From positions 1-49,411 of the forward strand of contig JAADCT010000044.1 in the NCBI GenBank assembly GCA_013154305.1: a stretch of 49,411 nucleotides of DNA, read 5' to 3'. This stretch comes from Aquificota bacterium (GTDB lineage Bacteria > Aquificota > Aquificia > Aquificales > QOAS01). This document shows, piece after piece, positions 21,544 through 31,766 of the stretch. The position numbers were made by a program, and so were the translations under genes. Below the pieces are notes generated by a model that had not been told where the DNA came from, did not search any database, and saw nothing but the letters and a program-made list of their open reading frames with translations. The stretch's first letter is position 1; the number at the start of each line of letters is the position of its first letter.

Positions 21544-23979
21544 ATGTTTGACAAGTTTACCGATAAGGCAAGACAAATAATATTGAAGGCAAAAGACATT
21601 GCGGCCGAATACGGCCACAACTACCTCGGCAGCGAACACCTCCTTTTGGCCCTTTTGGAGGGGGACGAGATAACCTCTTTGGTTCTCTCCAAGTTCGGTC
21701 TGGGGGTCGACAAGGTCAAAAAGACCCTCCAGGCCCAAATGAAGAGGGGAACCTTTAAAGGGGAAATCCTCTTTTCTCCCGACGCCAAGAGGATTATCGA
21801 ATTTGCCATAGAGGAGGCCCGCATTCTCCACCATCCCTTCGTCGGAACCGAGCACATTTTCATCGCCATAGTCAGGGAAAAGACCGGCCTCGGCGGAAAG
21901 GTCCTCAGGGGCTTTGGCCTCGACGAGTACGCCGTAAGGCGGGAGGTTCTCCACCTCCTCGGCGAAATTCCCGAACAGGAACAGAAAAAGGCCGCGCCCA
22001 CTCCCAACCTCGACAAGTTCGGAAAGGACCTGACCCAACTGGCGAGGGAGAAGAAACTCGACCCCGTCATCGGACGCGACAAGGAAATCGACCGCGTCAT
22101 TCAAATCCTCCTCAGGAGAAGGAAAAACAATCCCGTTCTCATAGGCGAGCCGGGGGTCGGTAAGACCGCCATAGTCGAGGGGCTGGCCCAGCGCATAGTG
22201 GAGGGTAAAGTTCCCGAACCGCTGAGGAACAAAAGAATCGTGGCCCTCGACATGGCCGCCGTCGTCGCCGGAACCAAGTACAGGGGTCAGTTTGAGGAAA
22301 GGCTCAAAAACATCCTCAAAGAGCTCGAAAAGAACAAGGACATCATACTCTTTATCGACGAGCTTCACACCATAGTGGGCGCCGGAAGCGCCGAGGGTTC
22401 CATAGACGCGTCCAACATGCTAAAGCCCGCCCTCGCCCGCGGCGAGATACAGATAATCGGCGCCACCACCCTCGACGAGTACAGAAAGTACATCGAAAAG
22501 GACGGGGCCCTCGAAAGGCGCTTCCAGCCGGTAATGGTCAACGCCCCCTCGATAGAGGACGCCAAGAAGATAGTCCTCGGTCTTAAGGACCGCTTTGAGA
22601 AGTTCCACGGCGTCGAGTACACCCTCGACGCGCTCGAAAAGGCGGTCGAACTTTCGGAAAAGTACATCAACGACCGCCAGCTCCCCGACAAGGCCATTGA
22701 CGTCATCGACGAGGCGGGCGCCCTGGTCAAAATCAAGGGCTACGAACTGCCGCCCGAGCTCAAAAAACTGGAGGAGAAAATCCGCGAACTGGAGGAGGAA
22801 AAGCGCAAGGCGGTCGAGGAGCAGGACTACGAGCGGGCCATCAGCATTCGCGACAAGGAACTGCGCCTGCGCAGCGAACTGGAGCAAAAGAAGCTCGAGT
22901 GGAAGGAAAACCTCAAGAAGAACAAGCCCAAGGTCACCGTCGACGACGTTGCCGAGGTAATTTCCCGCTGGAGCGGCGTTCCCGTCAAACGCCTGACCCA
23001 AACGGAGATGGAAAAACTCCTCAAAATCGAGGAGGAGCTCAAAAAACGCGTCCTCGAACAGGACCACGCCATCGAGCGGATTGCCAAGGCCCTCCGCCGC
23101 TCCCGCATAGGCCTGCACCGCAAGCGCCGTCCCATCGGCGTGTTCATGTTCCTCGGACCCACCGGTGTCGGTAAAACCGAAACGGCCAAGGCCTTGGCCG
23201 AGCTGCTCTTTGGCAGCGAGGAGGCCCTCATACGCTTTGACATGTCCGAGTTTATGGAAAAGCACACCGTATCCAAACTCGTCGGCGCACCCCCGGGCTA
23301 CGTGGGCTACGAGGAGGGCGGCCAGCTGACCGAGGCCGTGCGCCGCAGGCCCTACTCGGTCATTCTGCTCGACGAGATTGAAAAGGCCCACCCCGACGTG
23401 TTTAACCTCTTTCTGCAAATTTTCGACGACGGTAGGCTGACCGACGCTTTTGGCCGCACGGTCGACTTCAGCAACACGATTATCATCATGACCTCCAACC
23501 TCGGGGCCCGCATGATTTCCGAGCGCGCCACCGTCGGCTTTGAACAAGAGAGCGGGCTCCTCGACTACGAACAAATCAAGAAAAACGTAATGGACCAGGT
23601 CAAAAAGCACTTTACGCCCGAATTCCTCAACCGCCTCGACGACATCATAGTCTTCAAACCGTTGAGCCGAGAGGCCGTCGCTAAAATTATTGACTTACAC
23701 CTCAAGGAGATTAACGAAGGTCTGAAAGAATGGGGTATAAAGGTAAAGCTTCACAAGAGCTTCGTCGACTGGCTCATCGACAAGTACTACCAACCCGAAT
23801 ACGGCGCCCGCAGCATCAAGAGGGGTCTCCAGAGGGAGGTCGAGGAGCTCATAGCCGAGGAACTCCTGAAGGGCAAACTCAAGGACGCCGAGCTGGTCGA
23901 GCTAAAGGTAAACAAGCAGGGCAAACCCTACCTGCGAAAGGTCAAGAAAAAACAAGAGCAGGAGGCCCAGGTGGGTTAA
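21544..23979 (+). CDS. clpC: AAA+ chaperone ClpC (Clp protease ATP-binding subunit)
   Basis: The product has Clp_N repeats, two Walker A motifs ([12 protein letters not shown] and [15 protein letters not shown]) and a UVR-like motif ([18 protein letters not shown]). The start is at ATG 21544 ([10 protein letters not shown]), with AGGAGG 10 nt upstream. Confidence 0.9.
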   Translation: MFDKFTDKARQIILKAKDIAAEYGHNYLGSEHLLLALLEGDEITSLVLSKFGLGVDKVKKTLQAQMKRGTFKGEILFSPDAKRIIEFAIEEARILHHPFVGTEHIFIAIVREKTGLGGKVLRGFGLDEYAVRREVLHLLGEIPEQEQKKAAPTPNLDKFGKDLTQLAREKKLDPVIGRDKEIDRVIQILLRRRKNNPVLIGEPGVGKTAIVEGLAQRIVEGKVPEPLRNKRIVALDMAAVVAGTKYRGQFEERLKNILKELEKNKDIILFIDELHTIVGAGSAEGSIDASNMLKPALARGEIQIIGATTLDEYRKYIEKDGALERRFQPVMVNAPSIEDAKKIVLGLKDRFEKFHGVEYTLDALEKAVELSEKYINDRQLPDKAIDVIDEAGALVKIKGYELPPELKKLEEKIRELEEEKRKAVEEQDYERAISIRDKELRLRSELEQKKLEWKENLKKNKPKVTVDDVAEVISRWSGVPVKRLTQTEMEKLLKIEEELKKRVLEQDHAIERIAKALRRSRIGLHRKRRPIGVFMFLGPTGVGKTETAKALAELLFGSEEALIRFDMSEFMEKHTVSKLVGAPPGYVGYEEGGQLTEAVRRRPYSVILLDEIEKAHPDVFNLFLQIFDDGRLTDAFGRTVDFSNTIIIMTSNLGARMISERATVGFEQESGLLDYEQIKKNVMDQVKKHFTPEFLNRLDDIIVFKPLSREAVAKIIDLHLKEINEGLKEWGIKVKLHKSFVDWLIDKYYQPEYGARSIKRGLQREVEELIAEELLKGKLKDAELVELKVNKQGKPYLRKVKKKQEQEAQVG

Positions 23980-26309
23980 AAAACCTGCTCCTTTCTTCGG
24001 TCCTCTTTTTTTCCTTTACCGCCTTGGGTCAGGAGGTAATCTCCTCCGTAAAGGTCGAGGGAAACCGCTTCGTGGCCGACGAGGAGGTTTTAAAACTCCT
24101 CGGTCTCGAGCCGGGCGTCCTCTACTCGCCCGACCTAATCTACTCGGCCGTAAAGAGGGCCTACCTGCAGGGGGCCTTCGAATTTATAGCCGTCTACAGG
24201 AGCGAAACGCCGGAGGGCGTGGCCCTTTTGGTCAAGGTTAAGGACCTTCCGGTGGTCTACGACGTCGAGTTCGTCGGAAACAGGAAAATAAAGGACGAGG
24301 ACCTTCGGAGGATATTGGGAATACCGGAAAATCCGCAGGAACTGGCCGAGGAACAGACGGCCTACATTTCGGGCCCGGCCGTTGAGGAAAAACTCCAAAT
24401 CCAGCGGATGGTTCCCATAGGGCGGCCCCTGACCCTCAAAGAGATAGAGGAAATGGCCCGCCAAATCGAGCTTTACTACGCCTACAAGGGTTATCCCGGA
24501 ACAAAGGTCCGCTACGAGATAGTTCCCGTTAAAGGGGCCTCGAAACTCGTTTTTCGCATCGAGGAGGGGCGGGAAAAGTGGGTTTCCGACATAAGGATAG
24601 AGGGCCTTAAAACCCTCGACGAGGACGAGGTAAAGTCGGTAATGGAGCTAAAGGAGCCCAACTGGCTCCTCTTTCGCTTTCACCCGCCCTTTTCGGAGGA
24701 GCTTTTGCGCTACGACGCCGAAAACATAGAAAAGTTTTTAAAGGAAAAGGGCTACTTTGAGGGCCGGGTCGTTTCCTACAACGCCACCACCGAAAAAGAC
24801 GGGGCCACCACCGTCGTTATAAGGGTTCACGAGGGACCCCGCTACAAAGTTTCGAAGGTCGAAATTTCCGGAAACACCTACTTCGGATACGCCGAGCTGA
24901 CCGAAAAGTTTTTCAAAAAACTTAAAAAGGAAAAGGGCTACTACGACCAAAAGTTGGTCGACCTCCTTAAGGAGGAAATACTCCAAAAGTATCGGAACCT
25001 CGGCCTCTACTTTACCCGCGTTTTGGTCCGGCCCGAACCCGACCCCCAAACGAAGACGGTAAAACTGGTCGTCGTGGTGGAGGAAAGCCGGCCCGTTTAC
25101 AACCGGTGGACCGAGGTCCGGGGCAACTACGAAACGAGGGACTACGTAATAAGGCGCGAACTCGAGCTCCACGAGGGGGACCTCGTTACGGAGGAAAAGG
25201 TCCGCTGGTCCAAAATATGGCTAAACCGCCTCGGCTACTTTGCCGGGACCGAAGTCTCCGTCGAACCCTTGGAGGGGAGCTACGCCAAAACCACCGTTAA
25301 GGTGACCGAACGGTTTACCGGCCAATTTTCGGTCGGAATAGGCTACAGCGAAACGAGCGGCCTGTCGGGCTTCGTATCCCTGAGAAAGGGAAACTTCCTC
25401 GGAACCGGCGACATCGTCGGCCTGACGCTCTCTTTCGGCGAATACGCCAAAAACTACAGCTTTTCCTACACCCGAAAGTGGTTTATGAACAGGCCCCAGG
25501 ACCTCTCCTTTAAGGTCTACCAAAGCGAAAACGACTACGAGACCTACGACGTCAAGTACGCCGGCTTTTCCACGACCCTAACGCGCCGCTTTTGGCACTA
25601 CTGGCGGTGGCACGTGGGTCTCGACCTCCAGTCGATAGACTACGACAACGTTTCGCCCGACGCCTCCGTTTACGTCAAGGAGGCCGCCCAATTCAACAGT
25701 GCGACGATAATCCGCTGGGGCGTGGCCCGCGACACCCGAAACTCTTACCTCTTTCCCTCCGACGGAAGCTACCTCGCCTTTAACGAGCGCTTCGGCGGAT
25801 TGCTCGGCGGCGACGCCAAGTTTGCAAAAGTTTGGGTTGTGGGTTCAATCCACCGAAAGGACGAGTGGTTCGATAGCGGGACGATAGTAAACCTCAAGGG
25901 TCAGGTCGGTGCCGTCGGACCTTGGGGGGGTGAAAACGTCGTTCCCATCGACGAGAGGTTCTTCGTCGGCGGCGACTTTACCATTCGCGGTTACAAGTAC
26001 GGATACGCCGGACCGCTGGACCCCAACACCGGCGACCCGATAGGTGCGACCAAAATGTGGGTGGTAAACTTCGAAGTCGACTATCCGGTCAAGGAAAACC
26101 TCTTTTACCTGGCCGCCTTCGCCGACGCCGGAAACGGCTTTAACCAGTGGGCCGACGCCTTCCAGAGCGTAAAAGCCGGCGCCGGTTTCGGCATAAGGTT
26201 CGTAACGCCGATGGCTCCCATACGCCTCGACTTTGCCTGGAAGCTTAAAAAGGTGCCCGGCGACACCGACAACTTCCGCATCCACCTCATCTTAGGAAGC
26301 TTCTTCTAA
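23976..26309 (+). CDS. bamA: Outer membrane protein assembly factor BamA (Omp85); 5' end unresolved
   Basis: A signal-peptide-like [20 protein letters not shown] is followed by POTRA repeats ([50 protein letters not shown]) and a C-terminal barrel ending in an aromatic residue (ILGSFF). No ATG, GTG or TTG lies between 23730 and 24024 in this frame, so 23976 is only the first codon of the plausible signal peptide. Confidence 0.85.
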   Translation, partial: LKNLLLSSVLFFSFTALGQEVISSVKVEGNRFVADEEVLKLLGLEPGVLYSPDLIYSAVKRAYLQGAFEFIAVYRSETPEGVALLVKVKDLPVVYDVEFVGNRKIKDEDLRRILGIPENPQELAEEQTAYISGPAVEEKLQIQRMVPIGRPLTLKEIEEMARQIELYYAYKGYPGTKVRYEIVPVKGASKLVFRIEEGREKWVSDIRIEGLKTLDEDEVKSVMELKEPNWLLFRFHPPFSEELLRYDAENIEKFLKEKGYFEGRVVSYNATTEKDGATTVVIRVHEGPRYKVSKVEISGNTYFGYAELTEKFFKKLKKEKGYYDQKLVDLLKEEILQKYRNLGLYFTRVLVRPEPDPQTKTVKLVVVVEESRPVYNRWTEVRGNYETRDYVIRRELELHEGDLVTEEKVRWSKIWLNRLGYFAGTEVSVEPLEGSYAKTTVKVTERFTGQFSVGIGYSETSGLSGFVSLRKGNFLGTGDIVGLTLSFGEYAKNYSFSYTRKWFMNRPQDLSFKVYQSENDYETYDVKYAGFSTTLTRRFWHYWRWHVGLDLQSIDYDNVSPDASVYVKEAAQFNSATIIRWGVARDTRNSYLFPSDGSYLAFNERFGGLLGGDAKFAKVWVVGSIHRKDEWFDSGTIVNLKGQVGAVGPWGGENVVPIDERFFVGGDFTIRGYKYGYAGPLDPNTGDPIGATKMWVVNFEVDYPVKENLFYLAAFADAGNGFNQWADAFQSVKAGAGFGIRFVTPMAPIRLDFAWKLKKVPGDTDNFRIHLILGSFF

Positions 26310-26319
26310 CTTTTCCGTG

Positions 26320-26334
26320 CCCGCCTTCGGCGGG
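26320..26334 (+). promoter_or_regulatory. GC hairpin CCCGCC-TTC-GGCGGG between bamA and der
   Basis: The 15-mer is the exact reverse complement of 6241..6255. It is followed by TTATAT (26337..26342) and then the der ATG at 26358. It could act as the bamA terminator and/or as part of the der promoter. Confidence 0.5.
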
Positions 26335-26357
26335 AGTTATATCTTTACCTCCTTGCT

Positions 26358-27701
26358 ATGGAAAAGGAGAAAAAGAGCGGCAAGGTGGTCATAGTCGGGC
26401 GGCCCAACGTGGGAAAGTCGACCCTCTTTAACAAACTCGTCGGAAAGCGAAAGGCCGTCGTCGAGGACAAACCGGGCGTCACGCGCGACCGCATTGAGGA
26501 CTTCGCCAAGTGGCAGGACAAGGTCTTTCGCCTCGTCGACACCGGCGGACTGATGCCGGGTGAGGAGGACTTCTTCCTCCCCGAGGTCCGAAAGCAGGTC
26601 GAAAAGGAACTGCCCGACGCCGACGCCATACTCTTCGTCGTCGACGCCAGGGAGGGCCTAACCCCCCTCGACGAGGAAGTGGCCAAAATGCTCCTCCCCT
26701 ACAAGGACAAAGTGTTCGTCGTCGTCAACAAGGTCGACAGCAAAAAGGCGGAACAAAACGTGTACGACTTTTACCGCTTTCCCTTCAGGGGGGTCTATCC
26801 CGTTTCCTCCATCCACGGGACCGGATTGGCCGAGCTCCTCGACGAGGTCGTAAAAACCGTCAAAACCCGCCCGAGGGAAGAAGAGGAAAAGCTGAAGGAG
26901 GAGCTGAAGGACGTTCCCAAGGTTGCCCTAATCGGGCGGCCCAACGTGGGAAAGTCGTCGCTTTTTAACAAGATAGTGGGCGAGGAGCGAACGATAGTAT
27001 CGCCGATAGCGGGAACCACGGTCGACGCCATAGACACCCTCGTCGAAAGAAACGGCAAAAAGTACCTCTTTATAGACACCGCCGGCGTTCGGCGCCCCTC
27101 CAACGTCGAATACGGGACCGAATTTTTTGCCGTCAACCGCACGCTAAACGCCGTCGAGCGCGCCGACATCGCCGTTTTGGTAATCGACGGCAAGGAGGGC
27201 GTCACCCACCAGGACCAAAGGCTGGCCGGACTGGTGGCCCGCCGCGGCAAGGGCCTGGTTGTAGACGTCAACAAGGCCGACCTTTTGCCCATTCCGCCCG
27301 ACGAGGCCGAAAGGCAGGTAAAGAGGCGCCTCTTTTTCGTCGACTACGCTCCGGTGGTCTTTACGGTGGCCACCACCGGCGAGGGCGTGGACAACCTCTT
27401 TTCCGCCATTGACCTCGTTTGGGAGGACTACAACAAACAGCACAAAACCTCCTTCGTCAACAACTGCATCAGGAAGATAATCCGCGACAACCCGCCGCCC
27501 CACTACCGCGGAAAACCCACGAAGATTTACTACGCCTTTCAGAAAAAAACGCGCCCTCCCACGATAGTGGTAATCACCAACCGCCTCGAGGGCTGGAAGG
27601 ACCACTACAAAAAGTACTTCGTCCGTCGCCTGCGCGAGTGCTTAAACATCCACTACGCACCGCTGGTTCTCGAAATAGAGGAGAGGGGAGAGGAGGGTTA
27701 G
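26358..27701 (+). CDS. der: Ribosome-associated GTPase Der (EngA)
   Basis: There are two tandem GTPase domains (GRPNVGKSTLFN and GRPNVGKSSLFN, DTGG/DTAG, NKVD/NKAD) and a KH-like C-terminus. Confidence 0.95.
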   Translation: MEKEKKSGKVVIVGRPNVGKSTLFNKLVGKRKAVVEDKPGVTRDRIEDFAKWQDKVFRLVDTGGLMPGEEDFFLPEVRKQVEKELPDADAILFVVDAREGLTPLDEEVAKMLLPYKDKVFVVVNKVDSKKAEQNVYDFYRFPFRGVYPVSSIHGTGLAELLDEVVKTVKTRPREEEEKLKEELKDVPKVALIGRPNVGKSSLFNKIVGEERTIVSPIAGTTVDAIDTLVERNGKKYLFIDTAGVRRPSNVEYGTEFFAVNRTLNAVERADIAVLVIDGKEGVTHQDQRLAGLVARRGKGLVVDVNKADLLPIPPDEAERQVKRRLFFVDYAPVVFTVATTGEGVDNLFSAIDLVWEDYNKQHKTSFVNNCIRKIIRDNPPPHYRGKPTKIYYAFQKKTRPPTIVVITNRLEGWKDHYKKYFVRRLRECLNIHYAPLVLEIEERGEEG

Positions 27702-28873
27702 GTAAGGGCCGCCTTCCCCTTTTGAACCTTTTCCAGCCACTCGAGGGCCTTTTCGAGGTCGTCGGGTCGGCCGAGCAGGATTAAAACGTCGCCGCCGTGA
27801 AGCACGGTTCCGCCGTGGATGCTCAGGTCGAGGCTTCCGTCGGGGTGTTTGATTGCCACGACCGTAACGCCGAAGCGCCGCCTCAGGTCCAGCTCGGCCA
27901 AGGTCTTTCCCTCCAGCGGTGAGCCCGGCAAAATCTCAAACTCGGCCAGGTCTATCTCGCTCTCCTCGCCGAAGGCGATTTTTTCCAAAATGTTGGCCAC
28001 CACGAAGGTGTGGGGGTGGAATATAAGGGCCGCAATCCGACCGGCGATGATGTGGTCGGGAACCACCACGTGGTTGGCCCCCAGCTCCCTCAGCTTCATT
28101 GCCGTCTCGTAAGTGCGGGCGATACCGATAATCTCAAACTTGTCCTTGTCGGGCCTGAGAAGGCGGGCCGTAACGATAATCGAAATGTTGGTCGCCTCGT
28201 CCATGTAGGTCGATATGAGACCTTTGGCGTGCTTTATGTTGGCCAAGTAAAGCGTCGACTTCCTGTAGGGCTTTCCTATAACGTAGTAGCGAACGTGTTC
28301 AAGCTCGAGCTCCTTTTTGACCTTCGGGCTTTCCTCCTCCAAAACCACCACCACCCTCAGACCGCGGTCCTTTAAAAAACGAATGAGTTCCCGCGCTATG
28401 GCGTTGTAGCCGACGATAATGTAGTGCCCCTTGAGCTTTTGAATTTCCTTAAGCATTCTCCACTCCCTGTAAATGTTGAGAATATCCTCCTTGAAAAAGA
28501 GTTCCGCCAACACTCCGGTAGCGTAGAAAAAGGTCGTAATCCCCGCAAAGTCGAGGAAAATCGTAAAAAGTCTTCCGACCGAATCGAGGGGTAAAATCTC
28601 ACCGTAACCTATCGTCGAAATACCGATAAAGGTCTGATAGAAGGCTATAAGGGGGGGAAAGTCCTCGAGGGCCATGTATCCGATGGTTCCAACGTAGTGG
28701 ACCAAAATAATCAAAATCAGCGGTTGGCGCAGGCGCGTCAGGAGCTGAAAGAAGCGATTTTCCAAGTACTCCAGACGGTTGAGCTCCTTGTAGCGGTAGG
28801 CGTACTTTTTTCGCTTTATCCGCCGCGCAATTTGCCAAAGCTTGCGCCGAAGCCTTTGCCTTCTCGTTAGCAT
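27698..28873 (-). CDS. Potassium channel with RCK (TrkA-N/TrkA-C) domains (MthK-like)
   Basis: A two-TM pore carries the selectivity filter STIGYGE. It is followed by a Rossmann-type RCK domain ([12 protein letters not shown]) and a TrkA-C-like end. Confidence 0.85.
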   Translation of the reverse strand: MLTRRQRLRRKLWQIARRIKRKKYAYRYKELNRLEYLENRFFQLLTRLRQPLILIILVHYVGTIGYMALEDFPPLIAFYQTFIGISTIGYGEILPLDSVGRLFTIFLDFAGITTFFYATGVLAELFFKEDILNIYREWRMLKEIQKLKGHYIIVGYNAIARELIRFLKDRGLRVVVVLEEESPKVKKELELEHVRYYVIGKPYRKSTLYLANIKHAKGLISTYMDEATNISIIVTARLLRPDKDKFEIIGIARTYETAMKLRELGANHVVVPDHIIAGRIAALIFHPHTFVVANILEKIAFGEESEIDLAEFEILPGSPLEGKTLAELDLRRRFGVTVVAIKHPDGSLDLSIHGGTVLHGGDVLILLGRPDDLEKALEWLEKVQKGKAALT

Positions 28874-28892
28874 TTTTTAACAAATTATGGAG

Positions 28893-28909
28893 CCCGCCCT
28901 TCGGGCGGG
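28893..28909. promoter_or_regulatory. GC palindrome CCCGCCC-TTC-GGGCGGG centred in the 60-bp K-channel/clpX divergent spacer
   Basis: The arms are 7 bp. TATATT (28913..28918) lies on the plus side and CATAAT on the minus side (complement of 28884..28889). Confidence 0.5.
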
Positions 28910-28933
28910 GGCTATATTTATTCCCTCTTGGAA

Positions 28934-30172
28934 ATGGCGGAACAAAAAAAGTGCTGCTTTTGCGGCCTCGGCGAGGAGGAGGTCGAATTCCTCATAGAGG
29001 GACCGCAGCAGACCTACATCTGCGACCGCTGCGTGTCGGGTTGCTACGAAATCCTCAAAGAGTACAAGAAGGAGGAAACGCCCTCCCTTCCCAAGGAACT
29101 CGAATACCTCCCCACCCCCCGACAGATAAAGGAAATTCTCGACCAATACGTCGTCGGTCAGGAGAGGGCAAAAAAAATCCTCTCGGTGGCCGTCTACAAC
29201 CACTACAAGCGGATACTCCAAAAGGAAAAAGGCCTTTCGCCCGACGAGGTGGAGATAGAAAAGTCGAACATCCTCCTCATAGGTCCCACCGGAAGCGGTA
29301 AAACCCTCCTGGCCCGGACCCTGGCCAAAATCCTCAACGTGCCCTTTGCCATTGCCGACGCCACCTCCCTGACCGAGGCCGGCTACGTGGGCGAGGACGT
29401 CGAAAACATACTGGTTCGCCTCCTGCAGGCGGCCGACTACGACGTCGAAAGGGCCCAAAAGGGCATCGTCTACATCGACGAGATAGACAAAATCGCCCGA
29501 AAGAGCGGGAAAAACCCCTCCATAACGCGCGACGTTTCGGGAGAGGGCGTTCAGCAGGCCCTGCTTAAAATCGTCGAAGGGAGCGTCGTAAACGTCCCTC
29601 CCCAAGGCGGCCGCAAACACCCCAACCAGCAGTTCATTCAGATAGATACGACCGACATACTCTTTATAGCCGGAGGGGCCTTCGTCGGCCTCGAGGACAT
29701 AATAAAGCGGCGCGTGGGAAAGAGCGCAGTCGGCTTTGAGGCCGACGTTCGGAAGTTTGAGGAGACCGAGGACCTCCTTAAGCTCGTTACCGTCGACGAC
29801 CTCATCGAGTTCGGAATGATTCCCGAGTTCCTCGGAAGGTTTCCCGTAATAGCGACCTTGGACCCGCTGAAGGAGGAGGACCTCGTTCGCATCCTCGTCG
29901 AGCCCAAAAACGCCATAATCAAGCAGTATCAGCGCCTGCTGGCAATGGACGGGGTCGAGCTCGTCTTTACCGAGGACGCCCTTCGCGAAATCGCCAAGGA
30001 GGCCATCCGCCGCAAAACCGGCGCCCGGGGCCTCCGCGCCATCGTCGAGGAGCTGATGACCGACGTGATGTTCGAAGTTCCCTCCCGCAAGGACGTGGCC
30101 AAGGTCGTCATCGACGCCGAGGTGGTCAAAGGCCTAAAACCCCCCGTCTACGTTCCCAAGGAGGCCGCCTGA
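28934..30172 (+). CDS. clpX: ATP-dependent Clp protease ATP-binding subunit ClpX
   Basis: The product has an N-terminal zinc finger (CCFCG...CDRC), Walker A ([11 protein letters not shown]) and the GYVGEDVEN pore loop. ATG 28934 is preferred to TTG 28928. Confidence 0.95.
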   Translation: MAEQKKCCFCGLGEEEVEFLIEGPQQTYICDRCVSGCYEILKEYKKEETPSLPKELEYLPTPRQIKEILDQYVVGQERAKKILSVAVYNHYKRILQKEKGLSPDEVEIEKSNILLIGPTGSGKTLLARTLAKILNVPFAIADATSLTEAGYVGEDVENILVRLLQAADYDVERAQKGIVYIDEIDKIARKSGKNPSITRDVSGEGVQQALLKIVEGSVVNVPPQGGRKHPNQQFIQIDTTDILFIAGGAFVGLEDIIKRRVGKSAVGFEADVRKFEETEDLLKLVTVDDLIEFGMIPEFLGRFPVIATLDPLKEEDLVRILVEPKNAIIKQYQRLLAMDGVELVFTEDALREIAKEAIRRKTGARGLRAIVEELMTDVMFEVPSRKDVAKVVIDAEVVKGLKPPVYVPKEAA

Positions 30173-30203
30173 GGCCTTTTGGCCTTAAGCTTTCTTCCTT
30201 TAG

Positions 30204-31082
30204 ATGGTTTCCGTCAGGGACTTTTTCTCCTGGGAGGACTTTGCCCCCACCTTCGGCCTTACGGCGGTGGGCGCCCGCGTCTGCTACTCCAAAAAGACGC
30301 TCGGCGACCTTTTGGCCGAGCCGAAGGTTTCCTCCCCCGCGGAGCGGGCTTCGTTTTTATCGAAGCTGGCCAACTGGAAACACTTTTCGGTCTTTGCCCA
30401 CTCCTTTGCCTACAAGCGCGTCGGCGAGGAAAACGCCGTCCGTCTGGCGGCCAAGTACTTCAAGAGCTACTGGAACGAAAGCCACCCCGACTGGATAGGC
30501 GTTTCCCTCCGCCACTACCTGGAGGAGCTTTCCGACGCCGAAAGGGATGAGGTTTTTAAGAAACTCGCACAGGTCGAAAGTCCGGTAAAACCCCTCGCGA
30601 GGGCCGAAACCGAAACCGGCACCGAGGTTGTTCTCCTGGGGGGAACCTACGGGGGTTTCGGCTACTTCGTTTTCTACCTTCGGGGAATATCGAGAATTGC
30701 AACCCACCAAATCGTTCGCCACACGGCCCTCAACTTCTCCCAAAGGAGCCAGCGCTACGCCTCCGAAAGGGAAAACGAGGCCGTAATTCCCCCCTCCTTC
30801 GGCGAAAGGGCGGCCGACCTCTTTAGGAGTTTCGACCGAATGGCCACCCAACTCTACAAGGTCCTGACCGAGGAGCTGAAGGTCCCCAAAGAGGACGCAA
30901 GGTTCGTCCTTCCCCACGGTCGCAGGAGCACCATAGTAATCTCGGGTCCCACCCCCTGGCTTCTGGACTTTCTCGCAAAGAGGACCGAGAAGGCGGCCCA
31001 GTGGGAGGTCCGCTCGGCGGCCGAAAGGATGCTCGCGCTCCTGAAGCCGGAGCTGGAAAAGGTCGAGCTCTACCCCTTTTAG
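30204..31082 (+). CDS. ThyX-family (flavin-dependent thymidylate synthase-like) protein with a degenerate signature and an insertion
   Basis: HQIVRHTALNFSQRSQRY aligns with the ThyX motif RHRxxSxxxxSxRY but reads RHT. ARFVLPHG...LLDFLAKRTEKAAQWEVRSAAE aligns with ARIVLP...FLNLRADSHAQWEI of T. maritima ThyX. There is an extra ~80-aa insert between HFSVFAH and the motif. Confidence 0.65.
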   Translation: MVSVRDFFSWEDFAPTFGLTAVGARVCYSKKTLGDLLAEPKVSSPAERASFLSKLANWKHFSVFAHSFAYKRVGEENAVRLAAKYFKSYWNESHPDWIGVSLRHYLEELSDAERDEVFKKLAQVESPVKPLARAETETGTEVVLLGGTYGGFGYFVFYLRGISRIATHQIVRHTALNFSQRSQRYASERENEAVIPPSFGERAADLFRSFDRMATQLYKVLTEELKVPKEDARFVLPHGRRSTIVISGPTPWLLDFLAKRTEKAAQWEVRSAAERMLALLKPELEKVELYPF

Positions 31083-31109
31083 GGGTCGTATTAAGCTTTT
31101 TGTTTTCCG

Positions 31110-31673
31110 ATGATTAGGGTGTTCGTGGGCTTTTTCACCTCGCCGGTGATAGTGGAAAAGTCGGTCCGCCTGAGGGAGGAGGCCGGCCTCTTTATCCACG
31201 GAAAGTGGACCCAGCCCCAAAACCTCCACGTGACGCTCCAATTCGTCGGGGAGGTCGACCGCTCCACCTTGGCCGAACTCCTGAAGACCACCCAAGAGGT
31301 TGCCGCCTCCTTCAGACCCTTTCGGATAACCTACAAGGGTCTCGGGGTCTTTCCCAACCCCAAAAGGCCCCGAATTCTTTGGGTCGGCGTCGACGCCGGG
31401 GCCGGCACCCTCAAGAGGCTCGCGCGGGCCGTGGAGCAGGCCAACCGTCGCGTCAAAAACATCCGTCCCGACACCAAACCCTTCCACCCCCACGTAACCA
31501 TTTGCCGCATGAAGCGCGTCGACAACCGCAAGCTCAAAACCCTGATGAAGCGCTACCAAAACTTCGTCTTCGGCGAGGAGGTCGTAAACAAAATAGCCCT
31601 CATAAAGAGCACGCTGACGCCCGAAGGACCAATTTACGCGCCCATAGAGGTCTTCCACTTTCCCGAGGGGTAA
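31110..31673 (+). CDS. thpR: RNA 2',3'-cyclic phosphodiesterase (2H family, ThpR/LigT)
   Basis: Two HxT/S motifs are present (NLHVTLQF and FHPHVTICR), with the typical ~185-aa length. Confidence 0.85.
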   Translation: MIRVFVGFFTSPVIVEKSVRLREEAGLFIHGKWTQPQNLHVTLQFVGEVDRSTLAELLKTTQEVAASFRPFRITYKGLGVFPNPKRPRILWVGVDAGAGTLKRLARAVEQANRRVKNIRPDTKPFHPHVTICRMKRVDNRKLKTLMKRYQNFVFGEEVVNKIALIKSTLTPEGPIYAPIEVFHFPEG

Positions 31674-31692
31674 AGCCTTTTTCCGGAAAACG

Positions 31693-31718
31693 CCCGGCCT
31701 CCGGCCGGGAAAGTTTTT
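31693..31718 (+). terminator. Putative intrinsic terminator of thpR
   Basis: CCCGGCC-TCC-GGCCGGG (31693..31709) is followed by AAAGTTTTT. Confidence 0.55.
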
Positions 31719-31721
31719 ACC

Positions 31722-31752
31722 CGAAAAAGGGAAACGGAAGCGAAGCTTTCCC
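31722..31752 (-). terminator. Putative intrinsic terminator of yajC
   Basis: On the minus strand, GGGAAA-N12-TTTCCC is followed by TTTTT (complement of 31724..31728). Confidence 0.5.
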
Positions 31753-31766
31753 GAAGGTGGAAGGGT

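Noticed and set aside
25839-25853. tRNA T-arm-like sequence GTGGGTTCAATCCAC.
   Set aside because: It lies inside the bamA reading frame (VVGSIHRK). There is no acceptor, D or anticodon arm around it and only a 4-bp stem.
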